From positions 13,116 through 77,115 of the forward strand of contig JBDGYV010000006.1 of assembly GCA_039588915.1 (NCBI GenBank): a stretch of 64,000 nucleotides of DNA, written 5' to 3'. The DNA comes from Gemmatimonadota bacterium (GTDB lineage: Bacteria; Gemmatimonadota; Gemmatimonadetes; JACCXV01; JAHWKZ01). Under the pieces are notes generated by a model. It was not told the origin of the DNA, ran no database searches, and was given only the letters and a program-made list of their open reading frames with translations. A program made the position numbers and the translations under genes. Below are positions 8,609 through 18,243 of this stretch, piece after piece. Each line of letters begins with the position of its first letter. Position 1 is the first letter of the stretch.

Positions 8609-10187
8609 GACCCGCAACATCGTGCTCACAGTAGGCGCCTTGGCGATGATAGCCTGCGGCGCGGGTGGGCCGCAATCCAGGGTCGTCGACCGTAATGTCC
8701 TGCGGCTCTACCTGGAATCCGACCCGGCGAGCCTGGACCCCATTCAAGCCGTCGACGTCTACCGTGGCCGTATGGTCGTCTACCTGTACGACGGCTTGGT
8801 TCAGTATGCGAACGACGAGGTTCAAGCCAACCTGGCGTCGGAGTGGGAGGTCTCGGACGACGGGACCCGCTACCGGTTCACGCTCCGCGACGACGTCGTC
8901 TTCCACAACGGTCGTCGGCTAACCGCCGCGGATGTCAAGTACTCGTTCGAGCGAGCGCTGAGACCGGAGAACACCAGCCCGCTGACGTGGGTGTTCGAGT
9001 TTATCGTCGGCGCCAAGGAGATGATCGACGGCGAAGCCACAGCGCTGACCGGTGTACGCGCAGTCGGGAGCGACCAGATCGAGATCCGGCTGACGCAGCC
9101 GTTCGCGCCGTTTCTCTCGTTGCTCGCGATGCCAGCGGCGCACGTCGTACCTCGCGAAGAAGTCGAGAGCAAAGGCGATGGCTTCTCGGAAGCGCCGGTA
9201 GGCACTGGGCCCTGGGTGTTCGAGTCGTGGGCGCACGACGACGTCATTCGATTGACGGCGAACACACGCTACCACGGTGGCCGACCCAAAACCGATGGCA
9301 TGGAGATCCGAATCATCCCCGAGACCACCACGGTGATCGCTGAATTCGAGCGCGGCAACCTGGACTGGGCGGATTTGAACGAGTTTCCCAGGCCGGAGTA
9401 CGATCGGTTTGCCACCAACCCGAGCTGGGAATCGTACGTTCACACCCGACCCGCGCTGATCACGTACTACCTCGCCCTGAACAACGGCAAGGAGAAGTTC
9501 AACGATCCGAGAGTTCGCCGTGCGCTCAACCACGCCATCGACGTCACCGCGATCGCTGACGCGATCTATCCATCGGAGATGGTTCGGTCGCACGGCCCGA
9601 TCCCACCCGGCTTGCCCGGCTACAGGGAGGCTGGCGTGCCTTACGGCTACGACCCTGACCGGGCCAGAGACATGCTGGACGAGGCCGGCGTAGCCGATCT
9701 CTCGTTCGATGTATTCTTTCGCACGCTAGCTCTGAACCAGCGATTCCTAGAGGCGGTGCAGGCGAATCTGGCCGAGGTCGGGATCACGATGAACCTCCGC
9801 CAGCGCGATTGGACCGCTGTTCGTCAAGCGATGGAGAAGGGCGAGCTAGACGCCTACCTCGCGAACTGGTACGCCGACTACCCTGACGCCGAGAACTTTC
9901 TCTACCCGCTCTTCTACAGCCAGATGGCCGGCGCCGGCGGAAACGCCGCGTTCTTCTCGAACATGATCGTCGATTCGCTGATCCTGACCGCTCGATCGAC
10001 TCTCGATGAAGCGCAGCGAGAGTCGATGTACGCCCAGGCCGACTCGGTTATCCAAGCCGAAGCGCCGTGGATCTTCACCGTGCACCCGGTGGACGCCGAC
10101 ATCGTCCAACCATGGGTCAACGGATACCAGATTCCGCAGGTATTCTATGGGATCAAGTGGATCGACGTGGGGTTGAGAAACGAATGA
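8601..10187 (+). CDS. ABC transporter substrate-binding lipoprotein, family 5 (peptide/nickel type)
   Basis: The start ATG at 8601 overlaps the dedA stop. Lipoprotein signal MGRTRNIVLTVGALAMIAC. SBP_bac_5 architecture. The ORF track's upstream extension (8250) overlaps dedA and is rejected. Confidence 0.85.
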   Translation: MGRTRNIVLTVGALAMIACGAGGPQSRVVDRNVLRLYLESDPASLDPIQAVDVYRGRMVVYLYDGLVQYANDEVQANLASEWEVSDDGTRYRFTLRDDVVFHNGRRLTAADVKYSFERALRPENTSPLTWVFEFIVGAKEMIDGEATALTGVRAVGSDQIEIRLTQPFAPFLSLLAMPAAHVVPREEVESKGDGFSEAPVGTGPWVFESWAHDDVIRLTANTRYHGGRPKTDGMEIRIIPETTTVIAEFERGNLDWADLNEFPRPEYDRFATNPSWESYVHTRPALITYYLALNNGKEKFNDPRVRRALNHAIDVTAIADAIYPSEMVRSHGPIPPGLPGYREAGVPYGYDPDRARDMLDEAGVADLSFDVFFRTLALNQRFLEAVQANLAEVGITMNLRQRDWTAVRQAMEKGELDAYLANWYADYPDAENFLYPLFYSQMAGAGGNAAFFSNMIVDSLILTARSTLDEAQRESMYAQADSVIQAEAPWIFTVHPVDADIVQPWVNGYQIPQVFYGIKWIDVGLRNE

Positions 10188-10188
10188 C

Positions 10189-10752
10189 ATGAGTGGTCCA
10201 TGCCCATCCCGGTTTTGGTGGGTCCTCGACAACCCGCTGCGCCGCCTCGTGGCCGATCCGGCCAAGGTGGTCGGGCTACTCGGCCTGTCGCCCGATTCAC
10301 GGGTGCTCGAAATCGGTCCCGGCCCAGGATTCTTTAGCGCCGAGATCGCCAAGCGAACCGGTCACAGCCGGCTTCAAGCGGTCGACATCCAGCGCGAGAT
10401 GCTGATCAGAGCGCGCCACAAGCTGCGCAACCAGTTTCTCTGGAATGTCGATTACGTGCAGGCCGATGCCATGGCGCTGCCGTATGCCGACCGATTGTTT
10501 GACGGAGCCTTGCTCATCACGGTGCTGGGCGAAGTCCAGAATCGAGCGTTTTGTCTACGCGAAGTCTGGCGCGTCCTGAAGGCGGGTGGTCTGCTCGTGG
10601 TCGGCGAGCTGCGCGTCGACCCCCACTATATCTCGCCACCGGTACTCCACGAGCTGGCTCGCCGCGAACGCTTCGACTTTGACTACGGCAGCGACCGCCC
10701 CTGGGGCTACACCCACCGATTCCGGAAGCCCGAGGTCACCGACCTGGCGTGA
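10189..10752 (+). CDS. Class I SAM-dependent methyltransferase
   Basis: Motif I VLEIGPGPGFFS and a post-I acidic residue; Methyltransf_11-like. Confidence 0.75.
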   Translation: MSGPCPSRFWWVLDNPLRRLVADPAKVVGLLGLSPDSRVLEIGPGPGFFSAEIAKRTGHSRLQAVDIQREMLIRARHKLRNQFLWNVDYVQADAMALPYADRLFDGALLITVLGEVQNRAFCLREVWRVLKAGGLLVVGELRVDPHYISPPVLHELARRERFDFDYGSDRPWGYTHRFRKPEVTDLA

Positions 10753-10801
10753 TCACGTCCGCTTCCAAACAAGATGGCGCGGGGCTGAAGCCTCCTAAGC
10801 C

Positions 10802-12688
10802 CTACCGCTCCCACGTGTTGTTCTGCGGATTGATGTCGCCCCAATTGGGGCCGGCGTTGACGGTGATTCGCTCGGCGCGGCCGGGAAGGTTGAGCGCGGC
10901 GGCCGCGCGATCGGTGCCGTAGAACGCCTCGACGGGGATGATGACGGTGTCACTGGCGCCATCCGCCGTGATCCCTACGACCACCGCGGGCATCAAGAGA
11001 TCACCGCGCTGGTCGACCGACACGACCACCGTCCACGTTTCGCTATTACGATTCTGATCGACCCCCAGGATCGCCAAATCACTGGTGCCGGTCGTGTAGA
11101 TCCAGTTGTACCAGAACCACCCGAGTTCCATCCCGACCTCGTCCTCGATCAGTCGGAAGAAGTCGGCCGGCTGTGGGTGTTTGTACGACCACACCTCGAA
11201 GTAACGCTCCAAGGCCGCGTCAAACGCTTCGGCGCCGACCAGACCCCGCAGCGCATTCAGCATGACCGCCGGTTTAGTGTAGCCAGCGATCCCAAGCGCC
11301 GGGGTTCCCGGATCGAATGCGTCGGGCGCGATCCCAATCGGCTGCTCCTCATAGGTGCGGATCGCGGCCGCGTACTGCGCAACGTTCAACAGCTCGGGCT
11401 CGCTCTCCGGGAAATACTCCTTCTTGCTCAACTGGTTGATGAACGTATCAAACCCCTCGTCCATCCACGCGTACCGTCGCTCGTCGGAACCGACAATCAT
11501 CGGAAACCACATATGACCCCACTCGTGATCGATGACGTCAAACAGCGCTTCGCGGTTGGTTTCCGGCGCCACAAAAATCACCATCGGGTACTCCATACCG
11601 AACACCGGTCCCTCGATCGCGGTCGCCGTCGGGTAGGGGTACTCGCCCAGGTAATCTGAGTAGAAGGCGATCGAGTGCCGACTCATGTCGGCGGCTTCGC
11701 GCCAGGATCGAGCGCTCGGTCGATACAGAGAGTGAATCAGCGTGTTACCGTGGCTGGTGGCATCCCAGGCGAACCGCGGGCTCGCCCCCCAGGCGAAATC
11801 GCGCACGTGCTCGGCCCGAAAACGCCACGTCAGTGAACCATCGGTGCGCGGGCGGATCGCCGCTACGTCGGTGAATTCCGACTCCACGACGACGTTCACG
11901 ACCTGCCCACCTTCACGAGCCAGGGCCAACCTCTCACGCTGGGTGGCGGTCAACACCTCCTCGGAGTTCAAGAGCGATCCGGTGGCGCCCACAAAGTACG
12001 TCGCCGGAACCGTCAACTCGACGTCGAAGTCACCGTACTCGAGATAAAACTCGCCTTGCCCCAGGTACGGCAGTGTGTTCCAGCCATTCACGTCGTCGTA
12101 GACCGCCAACCGCGGATACCACTGCGCCAGTAGATACAAGTTGCCATCGCGCCCCATCCGATCGGCGCCGCTCGCGGGAACGCGAAAGGTCCAGTCGATC
12201 GACAGCGTCGTCATGCCACCGGAAGGAACCGGGCTCGCCAGATCGACCCGCATGAGCGTGTCGTTGATCCGGTGGTCGAGCGCGTCACCGCCCGAAGTCA
12301 CCGCTGAGATCGTGTAGCCACCGCCGAACCCTCCTCCACCGAACCGCCCCTCCTGCGGAAACGCTTGCGCGCCACGACTACCAGGCGCGAACAAGTTTTG
12401 ATCGAGTTGCACCCAGAGATACGCGAGCGAGTCGGGGGAGTTGTTGGTGTACGTAATCGTCTCCGATCCCGACACCTGGTTGGCAGCCGGATCCAACGTA
12501 GCCCAAATCTGATAATCGACACGCTGCTGCCAGTATTCGACACCCGGCAAACCGGCCGCCGTTCGGTAGCTGTTCGGTGTTGGAAGCGCCGGGGTTCGAA
12601 ACCGTTGATCGTCGCCGTTTTGCGCTAGGCCCTGAGACGTGAGCGTGATGGTAAGCACCAGCACGCCGAGAGTTGTTCTTGGTATCAC
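10802..12688 (-). CDS. Secreted M1-family zinc metallopeptidase (gluzincin)
   Basis: Signal peptide, the zinc-binding HEWGHMWF motif (HExxH), and a downstream WMDEGFDTF glutamate ligand. Confidence 0.8.
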   Translation of the reverse strand: MIPRTTLGVLVLTITLTSQGLAQNGDDQRFRTPALPTPNSYRTAAGLPGVEYWQQRVDYQIWATLDPAANQVSGSETITYTNNSPDSLAYLWVQLDQNLFAPGSRGAQAFPQEGRFGGGGFGGGYTISAVTSGGDALDHRINDTLMRVDLASPVPSGGMTTLSIDWTFRVPASGADRMGRDGNLYLLAQWYPRLAVYDDVNGWNTLPYLGQGEFYLEYGDFDVELTVPATYFVGATGSLLNSEEVLTATQRERLALAREGGQVVNVVVESEFTDVAAIRPRTDGSLTWRFRAEHVRDFAWGASPRFAWDATSHGNTLIHSLYRPSARSWREAADMSRHSIAFYSDYLGEYPYPTATAIEGPVFGMEYPMVIFVAPETNREALFDVIDHEWGHMWFPMIVGSDERRYAWMDEGFDTFINQLSKKEYFPESEPELLNVAQYAAAIRTYEEQPIGIAPDAFDPGTPALGIAGYTKPAVMLNALRGLVGAEAFDAALERYFEVWSYKHPQPADFFRLIEDEVGMELGWFWYNWIYTTGTSDLAILGVDQNRNSETWTVVVSVDQRGDLLMPAVVVGITADGASDTVIIPVEAFYGTDRAAAALNLPGRAERITVNAGPNWGDINPQNNTWER

Positions 12689-12799
12689 ATTTCCTCCTTA
12701 TCGTTCAAATCGAGACCTACAATCTCATGTTTCGAGCGATCAACGTCACGGGGCGGATTGCGACCGTCGGGGCACCATCCATACGTTTGAGCCTCCACT

Positions 12800-13738
12800 A
12801 TGCTTCAATACACCCTGCGCCGCATCGTCCACACGATCCCAGTCCTGCTCGGGGTCCTCGTCGTGACCTTCGTGCTGCTCTACATCGCGCCCGGAGATCC
12901 CGTACTGGCGATGGTCGGCGAGCGGTTCGACCAGGCGACGATCGATCGACTCCGGGCCGAGCTCCATCTCGATGAACCGGTCTGGAGTCAGTTCTACCAT
13001 TATGTCGCCGGTCTGATCCACGGCGACTGGGGCACGTCGTACATCACCGGACAACCGGTGCTCGACGGAATCATGGACCACTTCCCCAAGACGCTCTACC
13101 TGGCGTCGGTGGCTATGGTATTCGCCATCCTCTCCGGGGTGCTGATCGGCGTCGTGTCGGCAGTCAAACAGTCGACCTGGCTCGACGGTTTGGGGATGAC
13201 CGTCGCGCTGGTCGGAATCTCGTTCCCTGTTTACTGGGTGGGGCTAATCCTAATCTTGGTGGTCAGCGTCTCGTGGCGCTTGCTGCCGCCGTCCGGGTTT
13301 GGAGGCGGCGCGCTGCCATATCTCATTCTCCCGGCGCTCACGCTAGGGATGCGATCGACCGCCTATATCGCCCGGTTGACGCGCTCGTCGATGCTTGAGG
13401 TGATTCGCCTCGACTACATACGCACCGCTCGCGCCAAGGGTCTAGGCGAAACGCGGGTGATCGGGAAGCACGCGCTCAAGGCGGCATTGATCCCTGTCGT
13501 CACGGCGATCGGGCTCGATTTTGGCGCGTACCTGTCGGGTTCGGTTCTCACCGAATCAATCTTCGCCTGGCCCGGCATCGGCCGTTTCGCGCTCAACGCC
13601 ATCCTCAAGCGCGATCTGCCGGTCATTCAGGGCACGGTGCTCTTCCTGGCGATCGTGTTTGTGCTCGTCAACCTCGCCGTCGACTTGTTGTACGGATACC
13701 TGGACCCGAGAGTGCGATATGGGCGTGACGCGAGATAA
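12800..13738 (+). CDS. ABC transporter permease, DppB/OppB-like
   Basis: Typical N-terminus (LRRIVHTIPVLLGVLVVTFVLLYIAPGDP) and the BPD_transp_1 EAA-like region. Confidence 0.85.
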   Translation: MLQYTLRRIVHTIPVLLGVLVVTFVLLYIAPGDPVLAMVGERFDQATIDRLRAELHLDEPVWSQFYHYVAGLIHGDWGTSYITGQPVLDGIMDHFPKTLYLASVAMVFAILSGVLIGVVSAVKQSTWLDGLGMTVALVGISFPVYWVGLILILVVSVSWRLLPPSGFGGGALPYLILPALTLGMRSTAYIARLTRSSMLEVIRLDYIRTARAKGLGETRVIGKHALKAALIPVVTAIGLDFGAYLSGSVLTESIFAWPGIGRFALNAILKRDLPVIQGTVLFLAIVFVLVNLAVDLLYGYLDPRVRYGRDAR

Positions 13739-14594
13739 TCGACTGGCAAGCGCGCTGGGCCAGAATCGGCTGGCGATGACCGGGGCAACGATAATGCTGA
13801 TGCTGTTGGTGGTCGGGCTCTTGGGCCCCTGGCTGGCGCCGTACGATCCGCTCGCGCAAAACCTCGCCAGGGGCCTGGAGGGCCCGTCGCGTGATCACTG
13901 GTTCGGCACCGATTCATTCGGGCGCGACATCCTGTCGAGGGTCCTCTACGGAGCCCGAATCTCACTCCTGGTCGGCGTCGCATCGCAAACGATCGCCTTC
14001 ACGCTGGGCGTGTTTCTCGGTGTTGTATCCGGCTACTACGGGGGCCGGATCGAAGGGTTGATCATGCGGTTGGCCGATGTCACGCTGGCCTTCCCGACGC
14101 TGCTGCTATTGATCGCCATCACCGCCGCATTCCAGCCCGGGCTCGGCGTGGTGTTCGTTGCGATCGGCATCGTCGGCTGGGCGGGGCTGGCGCGGCTCGT
14201 CCGCTCGCAGGCGCTGGTCGTGCGTGAGCTGGACTTCGTGCAGGCAGCGCGTGCGCTCGGAATGAGCGACGCCCGGTTGATCACGCGCCACGTGCTTCCC
14301 AACTGTCTCGCCCCGGCGATCATTGCGGTGACGCTAGGGATGGCTAGCGCGATCATGCTCGAGGCGGCGCTATCGTTTATCGGCCTGGGCGCCCAGCCCC
14401 CGACGCCCTCCTGGGGGTCGATGATAGCCGACGGCCGTGATTTTCTGCGCACTGCGCCGTGGATCTCGGTTTTCCCGGGCCTAGCGATCGGTGCCGTCGT
14501 ACTCGGCTTCAATCTGTTCGGGGACGGCCTGCGCGACGCGATGGACCCACGTCTCCAGGGCGGCGCCCGGACCCCCCTACCACGCACCGAGTAG
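13719..14594 (+). CDS. ABC transporter permease, DppC/OppC-like
   Basis: The ATG at 13719 overlaps the end of the upstream permease. N-terminal OppC_N-like segment and TM core. The ORF track's upstream extension is rejected. Confidence 0.85.
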   Translation: MGVTRDNRLASALGQNRLAMTGATIMLMLLVVGLLGPWLAPYDPLAQNLARGLEGPSRDHWFGTDSFGRDILSRVLYGARISLLVGVASQTIAFTLGVFLGVVSGYYGGRIEGLIMRLADVTLAFPTLLLLIAITAAFQPGLGVVFVAIGIVGWAGLARLVRSQALVVRELDFVQAARALGMSDARLITRHVLPNCLAPAIIAVTLGMASAIMLEAALSFIGLGAQPPTPSWGSMIADGRDFLRTAPWISVFPGLAIGAVVLGFNLFGDGLRDAMDPRLQGGARTPLPRTE

Positions 14595-14677
14595 CGCGGG
14601 AAGTGGTTGCCAGGCTTAATATTCAGGGTCCCACGGCGTCCAATTTGTGGCAGGGAAACCCGGAACGGGACGACCCC

Positions 14678-15217
14678 ATGGGCGACGACCAGCTGGTCAA
14701 GCAGGCGCAGGCCGGCGACGCGCAGGCGTTTGGCCAGCTCGTCGACCGTCACCAGCCCGGGATCTTCGGAACGCTGGTCAAGATGACCAGTGACCGGGAT
14801 CTGGCGATGGACCTGACCCAGGACGCGTTCATTCGAGCCTGGGAGCAGCTCGGGACTTTCGAACGCCGATCGGCGTTCTCGACCTGGCTGTATCGAATCG
14901 CGGTCCGGCTGGCGTACGATGCGATGCGGAGTTGCCATCGGCGCGACCATCGCGAGCTCGACGAGCGAATCGCCGACCCCGACCTGGGACCCGACCGACA
15001 GGCCGAGGTCGCCGCGCTGAGCGAGGATTTGAGGCAGCGGATCGAATCGCTGCCTGAGATGCAGCGTGCGATCGTGATCTTGAGGGTATATGACGATCTA
15101 CCGTACAAGGAGATCGCCAACATTCTCAAGACCACGGAGAACAGCGCTCGGGTTTCGTTCCACCACGCGGTGACCCGATTGCGCGACGGATACATGAAGG
15201 AGGCACCACCGCCATGA
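14678..15217 (+). CDS. ECF (sigma-70 family) RNA polymerase sigma factor
   Basis: Region 2 (FGQLVDRHQPGIFGTLVKMTSDRDLAMDLTQDAFIRAWE) and region 4 helix-turn-helix (DLPYKEIANILKTTENSARVSFHHAVTRLR). The true ATG at 14678 lies inside the longer tracked ORF. Confidence 0.85.
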   Translation: MGDDQLVKQAQAGDAQAFGQLVDRHQPGIFGTLVKMTSDRDLAMDLTQDAFIRAWEQLGTFERRSAFSTWLYRIAVRLAYDAMRSCHRRDHRELDERIADPDLGPDRQAEVAALSEDLRQRIESLPEMQRAIVILRVYDDLPYKEIANILKTTENSARVSFHHAVTRLRDGYMKEAPPP

Positions 15218-15777
15218 AACACGTGACCGACCAACAACTGATCGGTTGGCTCGACGAGCCGGAAACCGCCAACACGCCGGCCGCGATTACCACACATCTC
15301 GAGGCGTGCGATCTGTGCGCTCGGCGGCTGGCCGAATTCCAGCGGGTGTTTGAGGCGCTGCGTGTCCAACGGGAGGCACCCTCGGCCGATGAGTTTGCGG
15401 CTCAGCGTGACCGTATCGTAGACGCCATCGCTCCAGAGATGCGGCGCCCAACGGTGCGCTCGCTTCAACGCGGTGGTTGGTGGATTCCGGTTGCAGCCGC
15501 GGCCGCTGTCATCGGTGTGTTCGTGCTGAAGCCCGACGAGCCGGCGGACGCTCCAACCCGGCTCGCCGTTATCGATCAAGCCGATCGAGCGGCTGAAGAC
15601 GCGATCGACGCACTGGAGGGCGAGACCGCATTGGAGGCGATGCTGGCCGTGCTCGACAGCGGGCCCGAGACCCGGGCGTACGAAGCGGCATCGCTGGAAG
15701 AAGAGTTCGCGTTGCTGACCGAGGAAGATCAGGCAGCGATCTTGAACGAACTGTCAACGACGAGTTTCGACCTATGA
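15214..15777 (+). CDS. Zinc-finger (ZAS-type) anti-sigma factor with a single TM helix
   Basis: ATGA overlap with the sigma-factor stop. HLEACDLCARRL (HxxxCxxC) motif and a TM segment WWIPVAAAAAVIGVFVL. Confidence 0.7.
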   Translation: MKHVTDQQLIGWLDEPETANTPAAITTHLEACDLCARRLAEFQRVFEALRVQREAPSADEFAAQRDRIVDAIAPEMRRPTVRSLQRGGWWIPVAAAAAVIGVFVLKPDEPADAPTRLAVIDQADRAAEDAIDALEGETALEAMLAVLDSGPETRAYEAASLEEEFALLTEEDQAAILNELSTTSFDL

Positions 15778-16352
15778 ACCGGACGTTTTACACACTGCTG
15801 ATCGTCATCGCGCTCGGGTTTTCGGGCGGCCCGTCGATCGCTCAGGAAGTCGACACGCTCTCGCGGGCGCGGGTCGAGCAGCTCGAGCAGTTGCGTATCA
15901 GACGGCTGCAGAACGCGCTCGAGCTGAACGACCGCGAAGCCCGCGAGCTGGAAGCGGTTATGCGCGACTTTCGACGCCAAGACCGGGACACCGCGTTCAA
16001 ACGCAGAGACGCTACGCAGCGACTACGCCAAGTGCTTGGGCAGGAGCCCGTCAATGACAACGAAGTGAGCCGGGCACTCGACGAAGTCGAGGCTCAGAGA
16101 CGTGCGACCGAACGTCTACGAGAGCAACAGCGACAGCGGTTGGGACAGCTGCTGACACCTCAGCAGCGCGCCAAGTTCATGCTCTTCAACCGACAGTTCG
16201 ACGCCCGGCTGCGACAGCTGATGGCCGAGCGACGAAGTGATCGTCAGCAGGATCAACGTCGAGACCAGCGCGGCGTGCGTCAGCCACGCGGCTCGAATGC
16301 GCTACAAAACCAGCCCGACCGACCACCCAATCCGCAGCGTCCCAGGGACTAG
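15774..16352 (+). CDS. Periplasmic LTXXQ-motif protein (CpxP/Spy-like)
   Basis: ATGA overlap with the anti-sigma stop. Signal peptide, coiled-coil Arg/Gln-rich sequence, and LLTPQQRAKF (LTXXQ) motif. Confidence 0.55.
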   Translation: MNRTFYTLLIVIALGFSGGPSIAQEVDTLSRARVEQLEQLRIRRLQNALELNDREARELEAVMRDFRRQDRDTAFKRRDATQRLRQVLGQEPVNDNEVSRALDEVEAQRRATERLREQQRQRLGQLLTPQQRAKFMLFNRQFDARLRQLMAERRSDRQQDQRRDQRGVRQPRGSNALQNQPDRPPNPQRPRD

Positions 16353-16354
16353 TC

Positions 16355-16798
16355 TTACTGCTCCGGAATCGTTCCCCAGTGCTCAGAAAACGACCGCATC
16401 CTCGCCCGTAACTCGGGCTCGATCTGGCGTGGCCTGCCAGTCTCGCGATCGATCATCACTTGCACCGTCGTACCACGCGCGACCAGCCGTTCGCTCTGCT
16501 CGTCGAACAGCTCATAGTCAAGCACAAACGAGCTGGCCCCGATTCTCGACAGACGCGCTTCGACACGCACGGTTTCGCGAAGCACCGCCGCCGACACAAA
16601 ATCGCACTCCGCCCGCGCGACCACAAAGTCGAGCACGTCGTACGAGTAATCGTGATGTAGCTCTTGCCAGTACGCGGTTCTGGCTACTTCGAGATAGGTG
16701 AAGTAAACCGAGTTGTTGACGTGACCCATCGGGTCGAGATCCCGGAAGCGTACCGGGATCTTGACATTGAAGTGGCGCGTGGAGGAGTGGCGGCTCAT
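16355..16798 (-). CDS. Acyl-CoA thioesterase, 4HBT/YbgC family
   Basis: Hotdog-fold signature FRDLDPMGHVNNSVYFTYLEVAR. Confidence 0.75.
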   Translation of the reverse strand: MSRHSSTRHFNVKIPVRFRDLDPMGHVNNSVYFTYLEVARTAYWQELHHDYSYDVLDFVVARAECDFVSAAVLRETVRVEARLSRIGASSFVLDYELFDEQSERLVARGTTVQVMIDRETGRPRQIEPELRARMRSFSEHWGTIPEQ

Positions 16799-16858
16799 GG
16801 GAGCGGCAAGCTAATCCTTCGTTCGAAACGACGCCGACCGATTTGGTTGCAACGATCC

Positions 16859-18190
16859 GTGCCGCTGGCTACTGTTCGCGCAGACGTGCTTAGCTCAAAA
16901 ACCGTCGCCGGAATTCTGCTCGGCATCGTCCTCGTCATCACACCGGGGATGGTCCACGCACAGGCCTTTCTTCAATGGGATCTCGCCGCTCGGCCGGCGG
17001 CGCTGGGCGGAGCCGCTACCGCCATGCCCGACGATCCAAGCACCGTCTTCTACAACCCAGCCGGCATGGCCCATCTGAGCGGCACGTTCGTCCAGGCCGG
17101 CGCAACGCTCGGGGCTGACGCGAGCCGGTTTCGAGGCTTTGGTACCAAAGAGTTTGATCGCGAGTCGAGCCCCACGATCGGCGGCTCGCTTTACATCTCT
17201 CACACCGTCGCCGAAAAGCTGACCGGTGGGATCGCGATCAACACGCCGTGGACGTTAGCGGTCGAGTGGGAGGACCCGAGCGATTTCGTCGGGCGGTTCC
17301 AATCCTTCGACGCCGACCTGCGCTCGATCAACTTCAATCCGGTGGTCGCTGCCGGCCCGTACAACGGCTGGAGTTTCGCGGTCGGAGTCGATGTGTTGAA
17401 CGTGAGGTTTGACATTCATCGCTTCGAGCAAGACCCTGAGCTCAGTGCCTTGGCTGGGCTGGGCCCCGTGGACTTGGCACGCTCCAGAATCGACACCGAC
17501 GGGACCGGCATCGGTTGGAATGGCGCAGCCATGTTCGTACCGTCGGAGCGGCTTGTTTTCGGTGCCCAAGTGCGCAGTGAAATCGAGATCGATCTCAACG
17601 GCGTCGCAGACTTTGTTGGCATTGCGCCCGCCGAACTGCGGGCTGTGCCATTCGGAGAAGGCACCGTCGGCGACTTGCTCGATGAGCGGTTCGTCTCCCA
17701 GAACACGCGCATCCCGTTCACGTTCCCGTCCACGGCGGTCGGCGGCGTCGCCCTTCAACCGATCCCCGAGCTGTGGCTCCGGGCTGACTTGCAATGGGTC
17801 AACTGGAGCGCTGTCGATGCGATCCAGCTCGAGTTCGAAGATCCGACTCTCGATGGCCAGATCGGATTGGACTACGACGACGCATGGTCGGTGCGCGTCG
17901 GCGCCGAAGTCGAGTACCTACCTGAGACTACCCTACGTCTCGGCTATTCGTGGGAGGATACACCAGCAAACGCTATTTCCGTCAATCCCATCGTCCCCGA
18001 TGCGACGCGCAACAGTTATTCAGTCGGACTCGGCTTGCGTGGGTCCGTATTCGATCTCGATTTTGCCTATCGATTCTCGCTGCTCGAGGATCGCGAAGGG
18101 GTCGCCTTTCCCGAAAACGACTCCACGATCGATGGTGTTTACGAAACGGTAGAGCACTGGTTTGGAGCCGCGATTACACGTCGCTTGTAA
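16859..18190 (+). CDS. Outer-membrane transport protein, FadL/OMPP1/TodX family
   Basis: Signal peptide (…GILLGIVLVITPGMVHA-QA) and an N-terminal block with NPAGMAHL typical of FadL-family beta-barrels. The start is GTG around 16859-16890; the tracker's longer N-terminus overlaps the thioesterase gene. Confidence 0.7.
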   Translation: MPLATVRADVLSSKTVAGILLGIVLVITPGMVHAQAFLQWDLAARPAALGGAATAMPDDPSTVFYNPAGMAHLSGTFVQAGATLGADASRFRGFGTKEFDRESSPTIGGSLYISHTVAEKLTGGIAINTPWTLAVEWEDPSDFVGRFQSFDADLRSINFNPVVAAGPYNGWSFAVGVDVLNVRFDIHRFEQDPELSALAGLGPVDLARSRIDTDGTGIGWNGAAMFVPSERLVFGAQVRSEIEIDLNGVADFVGIAPAELRAVPFGEGTVGDLLDERFVSQNTRIPFTFPSTAVGGVALQPIPELWLRADLQWVNWSAVDAIQLEFEDPTLDGQIGLDYDDAWSVRVGAEVEYLPETTLRLGYSWEDTPANAISVNPIVPDATRNSYSVGLGLRGSVFDLDFAYRFSLLEDREGVAFPENDSTIDGVYETVEHWFGAAITRRL

Positions 18191-18243
18191 CGCCTCCGTT
18201 GGTTGCTGCAAACACCCCACCAGGCTATAATCAGTTGTTACCA

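Noticed and set aside
8870-9593. 224-aa minus-strand ORF inside the substrate-binding protein gene
   Set aside because: Antisense GC-rich artefact. The sense gene has a clear family assignment.
14036-14950. 304-aa minus-strand ORF antisense to the DppC-like permease and ECF sigma genes
   Set aside because: Arg/Pro/Ser-rich low-complexity translation with no domain signal. This is a typical antisense open frame in GC-rich DNA, and the sense strand carries well-supported genes.
16664-16858. Upstream extension of the FadL-like ORF in the ORF track
   Set aside because: It overlaps the opposite-strand thioesterase gene and precedes the signal peptide. A GTG start near 16859-16890 fits better.
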